NCBI GenBank assembly: GCA_036383155.1
Contig: DASVOW010001113.1
Coordinates: forward strand, 1 to 40,620
Source of the DNA: Ktedonobacterales bacterium
GTDB taxonomy: Bacteria > Chloroflexota > Ktedonobacteria > Ktedonobacterales > JADMIN01
DNA: 40,620 nt
Reading direction: 5' to 3'
Positions 8,922 through 17,601 of the stretch are shown one piece after another. Each line of letters begins with the position of its first letter. Position 1 is the first letter of the stretch. The notes under the pieces were generated by a model. The model saw only the letters and a program-made list of their open reading frames with translations. It had not been told where the DNA came from and did not search any database. The position numbers and the translations under genes are program-made.

Positions 8922-9454
8922 GGTAACGATGTGGAGGGCTGGAAAGCGGATCGTCATTGTTCCATATGGTAGTCGACGATCTCGACTTTCCCGTCCTCTG
9001 CATCTTTTGGCTCGCCCGGACATTCATGGTTAGGAAGCGCCCTCTATTCCCCGAGCCTCGATGCGGTGGATGTTAGGAAAGGGGGCCATACAGAGGGCGG
9101 CAAGCCTCACATCACTGATAGACTGCCACGGGGCGGGCAGCAAGCGAATGAGCAAAAAGGACAAGAGCAATAGCCCCTCGCCTGCAGTCGCCACAGACGT
9201 GACCGACAACATCCCGAGGAAGGCTGGAGAGCTCCTGCTGCTGCTTTTCACGTTCGTTCGTGACGCCAAGGCATGGAAATTGGACAATATGAGTGCGCCG
9301 ACATGATGAGCCCTATCTAGGCTTGCATCCACAGCAACGCCTCGCACGGCCAGAGCACTTCTCTGCAAGAGATTTGAGATAAATGTGAGCGCCAGCACCA
9401 CTCCAGCGTAATAGAAGTGTAGATAGGGTGAACGCGACCAAGGGGAGGCCCTCG

Positions 9455-10720
9455 GTGCAGGCTGGTAACGCGATGACTGGCAATGGCGCAGATGGCCAGC
9501 CACAAGTTCGCAAAGATTCTATTCGGTCGGCGGCGAGCGCAGTCCCCACTGCCGCGCGACCGCGCGGACGCATTGGCGTGCTGCTAGCGCGCATCCTTCT
9601 CGTCGTGATCTTTGTAGCCGGGGCGTTCTTCTCACTGGTGCCAACTGGGCGTTCCGCCGCGCGAACAGCAGTATTGCTCCCCGCACTTCTCGGGCAGCGG
9701 GCTCCCGGCATCCTGACGGTGGCCGATGAGCCGATACGCCACACGCAGATGTCAGTACCATCACAAGGCGGGGATGTCTATCTCGATGTGTACGCCCCGA
9801 CGGCACCTGCGCCGCCCGTTCCCGGCGTACGCCAGGGACTGATCCTCATCCCTGGCGTCGGTGATAATCGCACCGTGGATCAACTCGTCAATCTGTCCAC
9901 GTCGCTGGCTCATAAAGGCATCGTCGTCATGAACATGACGACGCAGACTCTCATCGATTACGATCTCTCAGCGGTGGATAGCGATGCAGTGGTGCAGGCA
10001 TACCTGTCGCTCGCACGCTGGCCGGGTGTAGGCGCGGGACGCATCGGTATCGTTGGCTTCAGCGCCGGTGGCACACTTGGATTCCTCGCCGCTGCAGACC
10101 CTCGCATGCGCGATACTGTCAGCTTCATTACCATTTTCGGCGGCTACTACGATGCCACCACGCTGCTCCGTGACTTTGGGCGGCGTGCGTTGCTGGTAGA
10201 CGGACAACTCCACAAGTGGACGCCGGACCCAGTACCATTGCTGGTGCTAGGCAATGCTATCGCCGATACGCTACCTCCGAAAGAGGCGTCACTCCTGCGC
10301 AGTGCCGACTGGTCGAATGCTGCGCCACTGGACGCGAATCAGGTAGCACAGCTCTCGCCGCCCGCCCAAGCTGCCTATCACTTGCTAACGGGTGACGAAC
10401 CCAATGCGGCAGATGCCAATATCGCAGCACTTTCGCCCCAGATGCACACGTTGCTGCGAACGCTCTCTCCCAGTGCTGTCATATCTCAGGTGCGTACACC
10501 GATCTATCTATTGCACGATCGCAATGACGTGTTTATTCCTTTTACTCAGTCGCGCGATTTCGCTGCTGCTCTGACGCGCCTCGGCCATCCACACGATTTC
10601 GCGGAGTTTGACATTTTCGCTCACGTTGAGGTGCGCACCGGTGAGGGAATCGGCCCATTGCTGCGCGATGGGGTGACACTCTTCCGCATTATCAACGAGC
10701 TGCTTCTGCCTGCGTCATGA
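9455..10720 (+). CDS. membrane-anchored alpha/beta hydrolase (dienelactone hydrolase / prolyl oligopeptidase-like)
   Basis: ORF 9428..10720. The preferred start is GTG 9455, with AGGGGAGG 6 nt upstream. N-terminal TM helix LLARILLVVIFVAGAFFSLV, nucleophile elbow GFSAGG, later HDRNDVFIP and a C-terminal His region. Confidence 0.72.
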   Translation: MQAGNAMTGNGADGQPQVRKDSIRSAASAVPTAARPRGRIGVLLARILLVVIFVAGAFFSLVPTGRSAARTAVLLPALLGQRAPGILTVADEPIRHTQMSVPSQGGDVYLDVYAPTAPAPPVPGVRQGLILIPGVGDNRTVDQLVNLSTSLAHKGIVVMNMTTQTLIDYDLSAVDSDAVVQAYLSLARWPGVGAGRIGIVGFSAGGTLGFLAAADPRMRDTVSFITIFGGYYDATTLLRDFGRRALLVDGQLHKWTPDPVPLLVLGNAIADTLPPKEASLLRSADWSNAAPLDANQVAQLSPPAQAAYHLLTGDEPNAADANIAALSPQMHTLLRTLSPSAVISQVRTPIYLLHDRNDVFIPFTQSRDFAAALTRLGHPHDFAEFDIFAHVEVRTGEGIGPLLRDGVTLFRIINELLLPAS

Positions 10721-10790
10721 GCTTCCTTATCTGCAATGGTCGGATATGCCCAGGCGCTCACATACTTTACAGGGCGAGGGAGAGGTGACG

Positions 10791-11060
10791 ATGATCGGAC
10801 TAATGCTGCTCTGGCTCGCACTGGGGCTTGTTATTGGTGTGCTGGCGGTTGCTGCTCGATTGGGAACGCGGATGTTGGGAAGGCGCGTATGGTTGCTCCT
10901 GCCGGCCATCGGCGCAACAGCCGCGCTGCTCGGCGGCATCGCGGGCTCGCTGGTATTTAGCCTCTTCTATGGCACGGCAACAGCAGCATGGGGCGCTGTG
11001 CTTGGCGTAGCCGTGGGTGCCTGGGCACTTACCCATTCCTGGAGACGAACAGGCGCATGA
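10791..11060 (+). CDS. small membrane protein, GlsB/YeaQ/YmgE-like
   Basis: ORF 10746..11060 trimmed to ATG 10791, with GGGAGAGG upstream. Gly/Ala-rich helices (MIGLMLLWLALGLVIGVLAV, AIGATAALLGGIAGSLVFSL) resemble transglycosylase-associated/GlsB family proteins. Confidence 0.5.
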   Translation: MIGLMLLWLALGLVIGVLAVAARLGTRMLGRRVWLLLPAIGATAALLGGIAGSLVFSLFYGTATAAWGAVLGVAVGAWALTHSWRRTGA

Positions 11061-11392
11061 CATCGAACATCAACATCTCCTGGAGATCTGGGACTCCTTT
11101 CAGGTTGCATATACATCCAGCCATCCACGCGAATATAGAATATCACTCTGGCTGTGTTGAAAACCGCTCTAGCACACCTATCCACACATGGCCTAAATCA
11201 TGCAGCGGCATCTTTCGCATCTATACCGTCTATCGAGAAAGCGCGTAGTACCCTGCGGTTGCATTCAGTTATACTTACCCCTTCGACTCGTTTGCTGTGT
11301 AGAGGGAAACAGTCGTTAACAGCACGCCCATCTTGCGACAAGGAGCAGTGCGGCTTGGGGCGATGTGACAATAGTAGGTGCCGGAGGAAACT

Positions 11393-11776
11393 GTGGCGCA
11401 CGTCTTAGTCGTAGACGACGACGAGGGCATCCGTGAGACACTTCGCTTCGCGCTCGAAGATGCCAATCATATTGTTCATGAGGCAATCGATGGTATCGCC
11501 GCCCTTGAAGCCCTCCAAAAAAGCAAACTGCCAATGGTTGTGCTGCTCGACCTGATGATGCCAGGGCTGGATGGCGCCGGCGTGCTGGGAGCTGTCTCCG
11601 GCGATCGTCGCCTCGTCACGCAATTCGCTTACATCCTCGTCACCGCCAACAGCAAGACGCTTCCGCTGGCCTTTGTTAACTTACTCACCAATCTTGAAGT
11701 TCCTCTCCTCAGCAAGCCCTTTGATATCGATAGGCTGCTCGATGTCGTCGATCGCGCTGCTGCTCGCCTCAAGTAG
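11393..11776 (+). CDS. single-domain response regulator (CheY-like receiver), orphan
   Basis: ORF 11378..11776. The preferred start is GTG 11393, with GGAGGA 5 nt upstream. Receiver signatures are VLVVDDD, phospho-acceptor context VVLLDLMMPGLDG, and LSKPF. There is no output domain and no adjacent kinase. Confidence 0.85.
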   Translation: MAHVLVVDDDEGIRETLRFALEDANHIVHEAIDGIAALEALQKSKLPMVVLLDLMMPGLDGAGVLGAVSGDRRLVTQFAYILVTANSKTLPLAFVNLLTNLEVPLLSKPFDIDRLLDVVDRAAARLK

Positions 11777-11991
11777 CCCCTGCTGTAAGTGCCCCATCGC
11801 ATAACCTCCGAACTGGAGAGCATACACGCGGCTCCTCAGACAGCGTACTTCCGGGCTAAATAAGTGACGCCTTCTCATCCACAATGGCATACTCGGAACT
11901 AGCGCACCGATGTGACACATGGGAAATATCCATAGACGCATGCGATGAGCATGTGGTTGGATGGGCATCCACTCGATACAAAGGAGGCGAG

Positions 11992-13056
11992 ATGGCGCGG
12001 CAGAAGCAACAGGGAAAGAACAGGAAGCCTGTAGAGAACGTACGCACACTCGAACAAGAAGCAGCAATGAGTGAGACGGTTGAATCTCAAGGCTCCTTCG
12101 CAGATGCCCTCAATGCGACACAGCGGCATACTGTTCCTGTCCTGCCGGCGTATGGTGCTCCACGACCACTCCCAGCCGAGGGACTGCCCACTGAGTCACA
12201 AACTGCTCCTACGGCCCGCCGCACTGTCGCATTCCCTGGTACGACTTACGCTAGGGCGACACGCACTCCCGCGACGAGTGATGGCAGCAGCATGCATCGC
12301 ATAAGCTCCCGCGCCGCAGCATCAGGTCGTCGTGATGAGCCCGACCGAGACGACGCAGATCTCGCCCTCGCGCCTGGCCGCCCGACATTCGTGCTACCGG
12401 TGATCACCAGCGACCGGCTGCCCGCTGTACAGCCGACACCAGATGAGCGTCAGGTCGCCGTACGAAAAGAAGATGAGCCGCAGGCGGTATTTATTCCGGG
12501 TGCCAGCAAGCTTCCTACGCCGCATCTGGCTCTAGCGCCCCGCCGTCACCGGCCGCGCCCCTTCATCATACAGTTTCTCGTGGCAATGGTAACGGTGATG
12601 ACGCTCTTTGCCGTCCTGACGCTCGCCTCGCCGCTTGGCAAAGGGATGGCATACTCGAATAGCTTTCAGGCGTATGCCAACGCCATGCCCTGGGTCCCGA
12701 CGCCTACGCCCACCCCTAAACCGACGCCGGTACCACAGTTCTACGGTCAACAGCGAGGAGTCAATCCAGGCCAAACAGTCATCATCAACACGATCAAGAG
12801 CGTCTTCGGCGCGTATGCCGCTGGGGCGCTCAATATTGCGCGCTGTGAGTCTGGGTATGACCCTAATGCCTACAATTCCTATCCGGTGGCTGGTAGTCAC
12901 GCCGAAGGCGTCTTCCAGATTCTCTATCCGAGCACCTGGAGTGGTACATCCTACGCCCGTTACTCACCCTATGACTACAACGCGAATATCCGAGCCGCCT
13001 ACGAAATCTTCCATAACGATGGCAATAGCTGGCGCGAATGGGAGTGTCAGCCCTGA
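11992..13056 (+). CDS. membrane-anchored protein with C-terminal lysozyme-like / transglycosylase-like domain
   Basis: ORF 11884..13056 trimmed to ATG 11992, with AAGGAGG 4 nt upstream. TM helix FIIQFLVAMVTVMTLFAVLTLA, PTPTPTPKPTPVP linker, then ARCESGYDPNAYN...AEGVFQILYPSTW, which resembles Rpf/transglycosylase-like catalytic domains. Confidence 0.68.
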   Translation: MARQKQQGKNRKPVENVRTLEQEAAMSETVESQGSFADALNATQRHTVPVLPAYGAPRPLPAEGLPTESQTAPTARRTVAFPGTTYARATRTPATSDGSSMHRISSRAAASGRRDEPDRDDADLALAPGRPTFVLPVITSDRLPAVQPTPDERQVAVRKEDEPQAVFIPGASKLPTPHLALAPRRHRPRPFIIQFLVAMVTVMTLFAVLTLASPLGKGMAYSNSFQAYANAMPWVPTPTPTPKPTPVPQFYGQQRGVNPGQTVIINTIKSVFGAYAAGALNIARCESGYDPNAYNSYPVAGSHAEGVFQILYPSTWSGTSYARYSPYDYNANIRAAYEIFHNDGNSWREWECQP

Positions 13057-13117
13057 TCGCCGACGCTCGCGTGCCACCTCATGCCTCACCTCTCAGGAGG
13101 ATGGCAAAGGCAAATCC

Positions 13118-13550
13118 CTATGCTGTGGCAGCATAAGCCGCACGTTGACGAACTCGCCCAGCGCACACTCGCTCGTGTTGCTCCAGAATCCGCCGCTCCA
13201 CGGAGCGGTCGATTCCCCGACGCAGGCGCTCATCAGCATGATACCGCGTGATCCACTTTGGCGTCGCCCAGATACGCACGGCGCCTGCGAGATCATCGCC
13301 GCATTCAGGACAACGGCCAACGATTGGTAGTGTGACGTCCCACATACTTCACATCCTCATTATTCCTCTGCAAACCCTGTATCCATGTGGTCAATTGCAC
13401 CCCGTAGCATTTCAAGCCGCAGAGGTAACAAGAGTGCTGCCACATTGGGCCACAGCCTTGCTGAACGAGACGCATCCGCTTACGGCAACACGCCGCTGTC
13501 GCGTCACCCTCAGGAAATGCAAGGAGCGTGCCGCGACGAGCGTAGTCCAT
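13118..13550 (-). other. two overlapping Cys-rich ORFs (13305..13550 and 13118..13345), possibly one frameshifted gene
   Basis: 81-aa and 75-aa ORFs in different frames overlap by 41 nt. They carry CxxCG knuckles (CYLCG, CPECG) and a CC..C..C cluster. There is no convincing SD and no family recognised. Confidence 0.3.
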
Positions 13551-13589
13551 ATCTCTGAGATGGCGAAGTATCGCAAGAGTGGCACACGA

Positions 13590-14822
13590 TCAACTGAGCG
13601 CGAGCAGATATGCACAGGCAAATGAGACCACTAAATCCTCTGCCTCCGGCGCTGGTTGCGTCCTTCCCCAGTGCGCCACTACCGCCCCCCGATGTACGTC
13701 ATCTGCGCCGGTCTCTGCAACTTGATGCTCAGGAAGATTCACACTCAACGGAATGGCAGTCGCAAGTGCAGTGTGGTGTATGCCATGGTCATCCCATTCT
13801 TCGCGCAGCACACGTGCGGCATTTTCCTCTGCACAGGCACCGCAGGCTAATCCGGCGAGCCGAGGATCGTGCGCGGGTAGTATCGTATCGAAACCGAGAG
13901 CGCAGACATCCTGAGCTCCGCTGAGATGCAGAAACGCATCCACAAGTGGTGATATGCGCTCCGCAGTAGCCCGCTGCGACTTCTGACTCAACAACCCTGA
14001 GTCGATGGCTCCCGTGCGAAGGTCTAATGCCAGCCGCATCAGTTGCATTGTGGGGGTAATACTCACTCCTGTAGGGCGCTCATTAGGCTCACGCGCGGCA
14101 TCTAGCGCAACCGCCAGCAGATCTGCCATACTCTGCAGGAAAAGCATATCCTGCCGCCCAAAGTGCCGCGGCTGTTGACTGACGCAAATCAGTACGCCTA
14201 GCGGCTCCTCAATCGCCACAATTGGCAACACAGCATATGCCCCGATGGGCCAGAGGTGGCTGAGCCATGCCGTCCCGGAATGCACATGTTGTTGCGCTAT
14301 ATCCTCACGAATCTCAGGCTGGCGTGTCCGCAGCACTGTCGTCACAGCAAACGTATGATTCGCCTTCATACGCGTGAATGCCGCCGCTACCGAGTCAGGA
14401 AGCCCGTGCTGCGCTACCAGACGAAACCCACACCGTTCATGCAACCCCGGCACGCAACGCACCACACAGCACATGTCAACACCACGCAGGACATTACACA
14501 CCCCTTTGACGACTTCCGCTCCGATCTCAGCTAGATCGCTCGTTTGGTGCGTCGCGAGCAGATGCGCCACAGATGCTTGCGCACGAAGCGGCGCCAATGC
14601 AGCCCCTTCCCCAGTCGCCGAGCCGGATGCAAGATGCTCGCGGAATCTATTCAGTGTCTCTTTGCTAAAACGGACATGCTTTCCAGGGGTGCGCTCATCC
14701 GGCACGATTAGTCCCTGACGAACCGCAAGATGCAGCGTGGATCGGTGTACACCGAGATAGCGTGCCGCCTCTTGTGTACCATACATGTACTCACGCGTAG
14801 ATTCGAGCGCACGGTCGCCCAT
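13590..14822 (-). CDS. excisionase/MerR-type HTH plus GAF-domain transcriptional regulator
   Basis: ORF 13590..14945 trimmed to ATG 14822, with a G-rich SD upstream. N-terminal HTH is YGTQEAARYLGVHRSTLHLAVRQGLIVPDERTPGKHVRFSKETL. The remaining ~330 aa have GAF-like sensor composition. Confidence 0.78.
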   Translation of the reverse strand: MGDRALESTREYMYGTQEAARYLGVHRSTLHLAVRQGLIVPDERTPGKHVRFSKETLNRFREHLASGSATGEGAALAPLRAQASVAHLLATHQTSDLAEIGAEVVKGVCNVLRGVDMCCVVRCVPGLHERCGFRLVAQHGLPDSVAAAFTRMKANHTFAVTTVLRTRQPEIREDIAQQHVHSGTAWLSHLWPIGAYAVLPIVAIEEPLGVLICVSQQPRHFGRQDMLFLQSMADLLAVALDAAREPNERPTGVSITPTMQLMRLALDLRTGAIDSGLLSQKSQRATAERISPLVDAFLHLSGAQDVCALGFDTILPAHDPRLAGLACGACAEENAARVLREEWDDHGIHHTALATAIPLSVNLPEHQVAETGADDVHRGAVVAHWGRTQPAPEAEDLVVSFACAYLLALS

Positions 14823-14938
14823 AGATCCACCCCCCGCAAAACACCTTACATGGTATACTAAAGTGCGATATGTGTCACACACGTATGATGACAATCCCGC
14901 GATAAATGTTCGACGTTTGCGACGATTACCCGCACCTT

Positions 14939-14965
14939 TTGGCACATCTATCGCGTTGCTACAAT
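14939..14965 (+). promoter_or_regulatory. candidate promoter facing the KGG stress-protein gene
   Basis: TG-n-TACAAT at 14957-14965 with a weak -35 (TTGGCA 14939-14944, 15-nt spacer). This would give a ~155-nt leader to ATG 15128. Confidence 0.3.
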
Positions 14966-15127
14966 CGAACAGGCATACGCCATTTACTCACCACTCCTGA
15001 CTCCATTCGTTTCCGCTCAGTTAGCAAGAAGCTGTGCTGAACGAAATGCGGCCAGATTGCATGCCGACTGGTTCAAATTTCTCGTCTCAATGCGAGAGAG
15101 CACAACAGCAGAAAGGAACGACGTCAC

Positions 15128-15514
15128 ATGGCCGAGCGCAAGCAACGATCCAAGACTGACGAGCATACCGCGAGGGCCACGAGCGTGCCGAGCGCGACTG
15201 ATGCCCCCGCGCGTCGCAAGCCAGGTCCGCGGCCCGGTACCGAGGCCGCCAAACGCGGCGGGACTGCGGCACGCGAGAAGTATGGCCGCGAATTCTACAG
15301 CCGCATAGGCTCGAAGGGCGGCTCAACGGTACGAGAACGGCACGGTTCCTCATTCTACACAGAGATCGGGCGCCGTGGCGGTGAGTCCACGAAGCGGAAC
15401 CTCGGCACAGAGCACTACTCGCGTATCGGGCGCATCGGCGGCCAGCGAGCGCATGGGCGACGCGACACAGACGCCGAGGAGGTTACGAGCGGAGCTAGCA
15501 ATACCTCCCGATAA
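15128..15514 (+). CDS. KGG-repeat general stress protein (GsiB/YciG-like)
   Basis: Highly basic 128-aa protein with repeated GG-containing stress motifs (KRGGTAAREKYGREFYSRIGSKGGSTVRERHGSSFYTEIGRRGGESTKRNLGTEHYSRIGRIGGQ). AAAGGAA SD upstream. Confidence 0.85.
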   Translation: MAERKQRSKTDEHTARATSVPSATDAPARRKPGPRPGTEAAKRGGTAAREKYGREFYSRIGSKGGSTVRERHGSSFYTEIGRRGGESTKRNLGTEHYSRIGRIGGQRAHGRRDTDAEEVTSGASNTSR

Positions 15515-15531
15515 GCTTTCTCAACGTTAGG

Positions 15532-15563
15532 GGCGCGGCTCAGCAATTCTTTCTGGCCGCGCC
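15532..15563 (+). terminator. stem-loop downstream of the KGG gene
   Basis: GGCGCGGC (15532-15539) pairs with GCCGCGCC (15556-15563), followed by ACTTTCTCTGTT. Confidence 0.5.
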
Positions 15564-15799
15564 ACTTTCTCTGTTGCCCAACCGCAACACAGCATGTAAT
15601 ATGTCTGATTGTATCAAGACGTTTCTTTAGTAGTATATCCTCTTCTCAGGCAATGAGGAAAGAGCGTGCCTGCTTATCACCCTGATGGGCTAGCGTGCAT
15701 GCTGCGTTTCCTGATTCTGTCGAGATTGGGATGGTGATTGTCACTCAGGTAGCGCATGTGCTCTATCAAAGCTTGCCGAGCAGACCCCATGAGTTGCGA

Positions 15800-16252
15800 T
15801 CATTGCTCGTGATCGTCTGCGTCTCCCACCGGTGTTGTCGGAGGTGCCTCATGCACATACGGCGTGGGCCTCTCCGCAACTCGTGCCTGATCAGGTATCG
15901 TCTTCTCTGTCATACGACCAAAGATGTCATCTAGTGCCCGCCGCGTGCCCGATGAAAGCGCTATCCTGTGCTCGTGTGATGATGTAGCGCTATCATCCGC
16001 AAAAAGTAAGGCACCTCCCACCTGGCTACGCGGAACGAATGTAAGAGCGATGAAAGCGGCAAGCTCGGCGCCATAGTCAGGATAGCGCTGTAGATAGGTC
16101 GAGAGCCGAGGGTCCAACCCGGCTCGTTGCTCTGCGAGAAATTGCTCCTCGATCGCGCGCAGTTCCAACGCACGGGCCGTATCGTGCATTGTTGTTTGAT
16201 CGTTGCCCTTCGCCGCGCCGGAGCGCCACTTCGTTCGTTTCACATCGGTCAT
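15800..16252 (-). CDS. hypothetical protein translationally coupled to the sigma factor (possible soluble anti-sigma / partner)
   Basis: ORF 15800..16279 trimmed to ATG 16252, which overlaps the sigma-gene stop in an ATGA (16249-16252). It contains a LSTYLQRYPDYGAELAAF motif and has no obvious TM helix. Confidence 0.6.
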   Translation of the reverse strand: MTDVKRTKWRSGAAKGNDQTTMHDTARALELRAIEEQFLAEQRAGLDPRLSTYLQRYPDYGAELAAFIALTFVPRSQVGGALLFADDSATSSHEHRIALSSGTRRALDDIFGRMTEKTIPDQARVAERPTPYVHEAPPTTPVGDADDHEQ

Positions 16253-17178
16253 GTCAGCGCCTCCGTCCCCTCGTACCACATGCGCAGACGCTTATGCGCA
16301 CGTTGCAGATAGTTGCGCACCGTCCGGGTGGTGACACCAAGCGTCTCAGCAATCTCTGCCTCGGACGCCTGCTGCCAGTGCCGCAGCACGATGGCGATCC
16401 GCTGTTCGCGAGGCAGGCGAGTTACCAGTTCCCGCAGGTCGGTGAGATCCGCCGCGGCAAAGTCACTGCCAGGAGCAGCGGTATCGAGCGCACGAAGCAT
16501 AGAGGCTTCATACGTCGCATCACCGACATCCCTACCCTGCCGGCCCCACATATCCTCAGCCACTAACGTGCCTGACGTGGCCCCTACGCTGGAGTATGCG
16601 CTGATACTTGCCGCTATCGGGTGACCTGCTCTCTTGGCTGTCGTGCGACGATTCCAGTAGCCGCGTTGCTCCATGTACGCGATTGCCGTATGACGCTGCG
16701 CATATGCCAAAGAGCGTTGGAAGAACAACTCCCACGCTTCGCCGTCAGCCAGCGCCACCGATTCCCACAGGCGCAGCGTCAGCTCCTGCCGCAGATCCTC
16801 GCGCACCACCAACCCTGCGGGGCCGCGCAAGCCTGCTGTGCCGCGCACTGCCTGCTCTGCCCAGCGCCGGTTCAGCCCTTCCGTGCGCTCCAGCAGCAAC
16901 ACAAACAGTTCCCGTGCGGTCCTTCCTTCGTTTCGCCTGACCGCGACGCGGATCAGGTGGACCAGCGCCCCAAATGAAACCGCTTGGTGCGGTACAGTAG
17001 AGTAGACTCTGGCCCACAACTGAGGCGTATCCCACCCGGGAAGCTCCTGCAGTTCAGCAGCCAATCGTGCTCGTGCCCTCAGTACCAGCTCGCCCGCTGA
17101 TGCCGTCTGCACGCCTGTCGTCTCCTGCGTCACGCACGACACCCCTCGTTTGCAATCCCCAGTCGATGTGCTCGCCAC
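16249..17178 (-). CDS. sigma-70 family RNA polymerase sigma factor
   Basis: C-terminal region-4 HTH (LPREQRIAIVLRHWQQASEAEIAETLGVTTRTVRNYLQRAHKRL) and a region-2-like segment (ELFVLLLERTEGLNRRWAEQ, LRLWES). GTG start, with no ATG in the N-terminal part. Confidence 0.8.
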   Translation of the reverse strand: MASTSTGDCKRGVSCVTQETTGVQTASAGELVLRARARLAAELQELPGWDTPQLWARVYSTVPHQAVSFGALVHLIRVAVRRNEGRTARELFVLLLERTEGLNRRWAEQAVRGTAGLRGPAGLVVREDLRQELTLRLWESVALADGEAWELFFQRSLAYAQRHTAIAYMEQRGYWNRRTTAKRAGHPIAASISAYSSVGATSGTLVAEDMWGRQGRDVGDATYEASMLRALDTAAPGSDFAAADLTDLRELVTRLPREQRIAIVLRHWQQASEAEIAETLGVTTRTVRNYLQRAHKRLRMWYEGTEALT

Positions 17179-17243
17179 TACGACACCCTACGATTCCCTT
17201 TACTATAGACCGCCCGCTTATAATGGTCAATCGCCGAGAGGTC

Positions 17244-17567
17244 ATGGCCAGCCACGAGACATGCGCGCTGATTCACCAACTGCGACTCCTCTTCCTCGAT
17301 GAGCCCACCGTCGGCATTGACCCGGAGCTGCGTCACGCATTCTGGGACTACTTCGCCCAACTCAATACGCAAGGCATCACCATTGTCGTCTCGACGCACC
17401 ACCTCGATGAAGCGGCGCGTTGCCACCGGCTGGCGCTGCTGCGCTTCGGCAAGCTGCTCGCCGTCGATTCGCCTGATGGGCTACGCCGTGAATCTGGCGC
17501 GGACGACTTCGATGACGCCTTCCTCTACTACGCGCAGCGCGACCTCACACCTATTGGTGCAAAGTAA
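17244..17567 (+). pseudogene. 5'-truncated ABC transporter ATP-binding protein (only Walker B to C-terminus remains)
   Basis: Retains ALIHQLRLLFLDEPTVGIDP (Walker B/D-loop) and VVSTHHLDEA (H-loop). Walker A, the Q-loop and a recognisable LSGGQ signature are absent. The sequence upstream is the antisense of the sigma gene start. Confidence 0.72.
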
Positions 17568-17601
17568 GCTGGATGGAGTACAAGGCAAAGGAGCAAACGC
17601 C

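Noticed and set aside
9030-9503. 157-aa minus-strand ORF in the gap before the alpha/beta hydrolase.
   Set aside because: It overlaps the hydrolase start and SD, has atypical composition, and shows no motifs.
12635-13330. 231-aa plus-strand ORF.
   Set aside because: It is out of frame with the transglycosylase-like gene over most of its length. It is Arg/Ser/Pro-rich shadow sequence.
13378-13398. An I-D-H tripeptide in an alternative frame that could be the HNH catalytic motif of the Cys-rich ORF pair.
   Set aside because: That frame (…LRGAIDHMDTGFAEE-stop) has no Cys knuckles upstream and closes within 11 codons, so it is probably coincidental.
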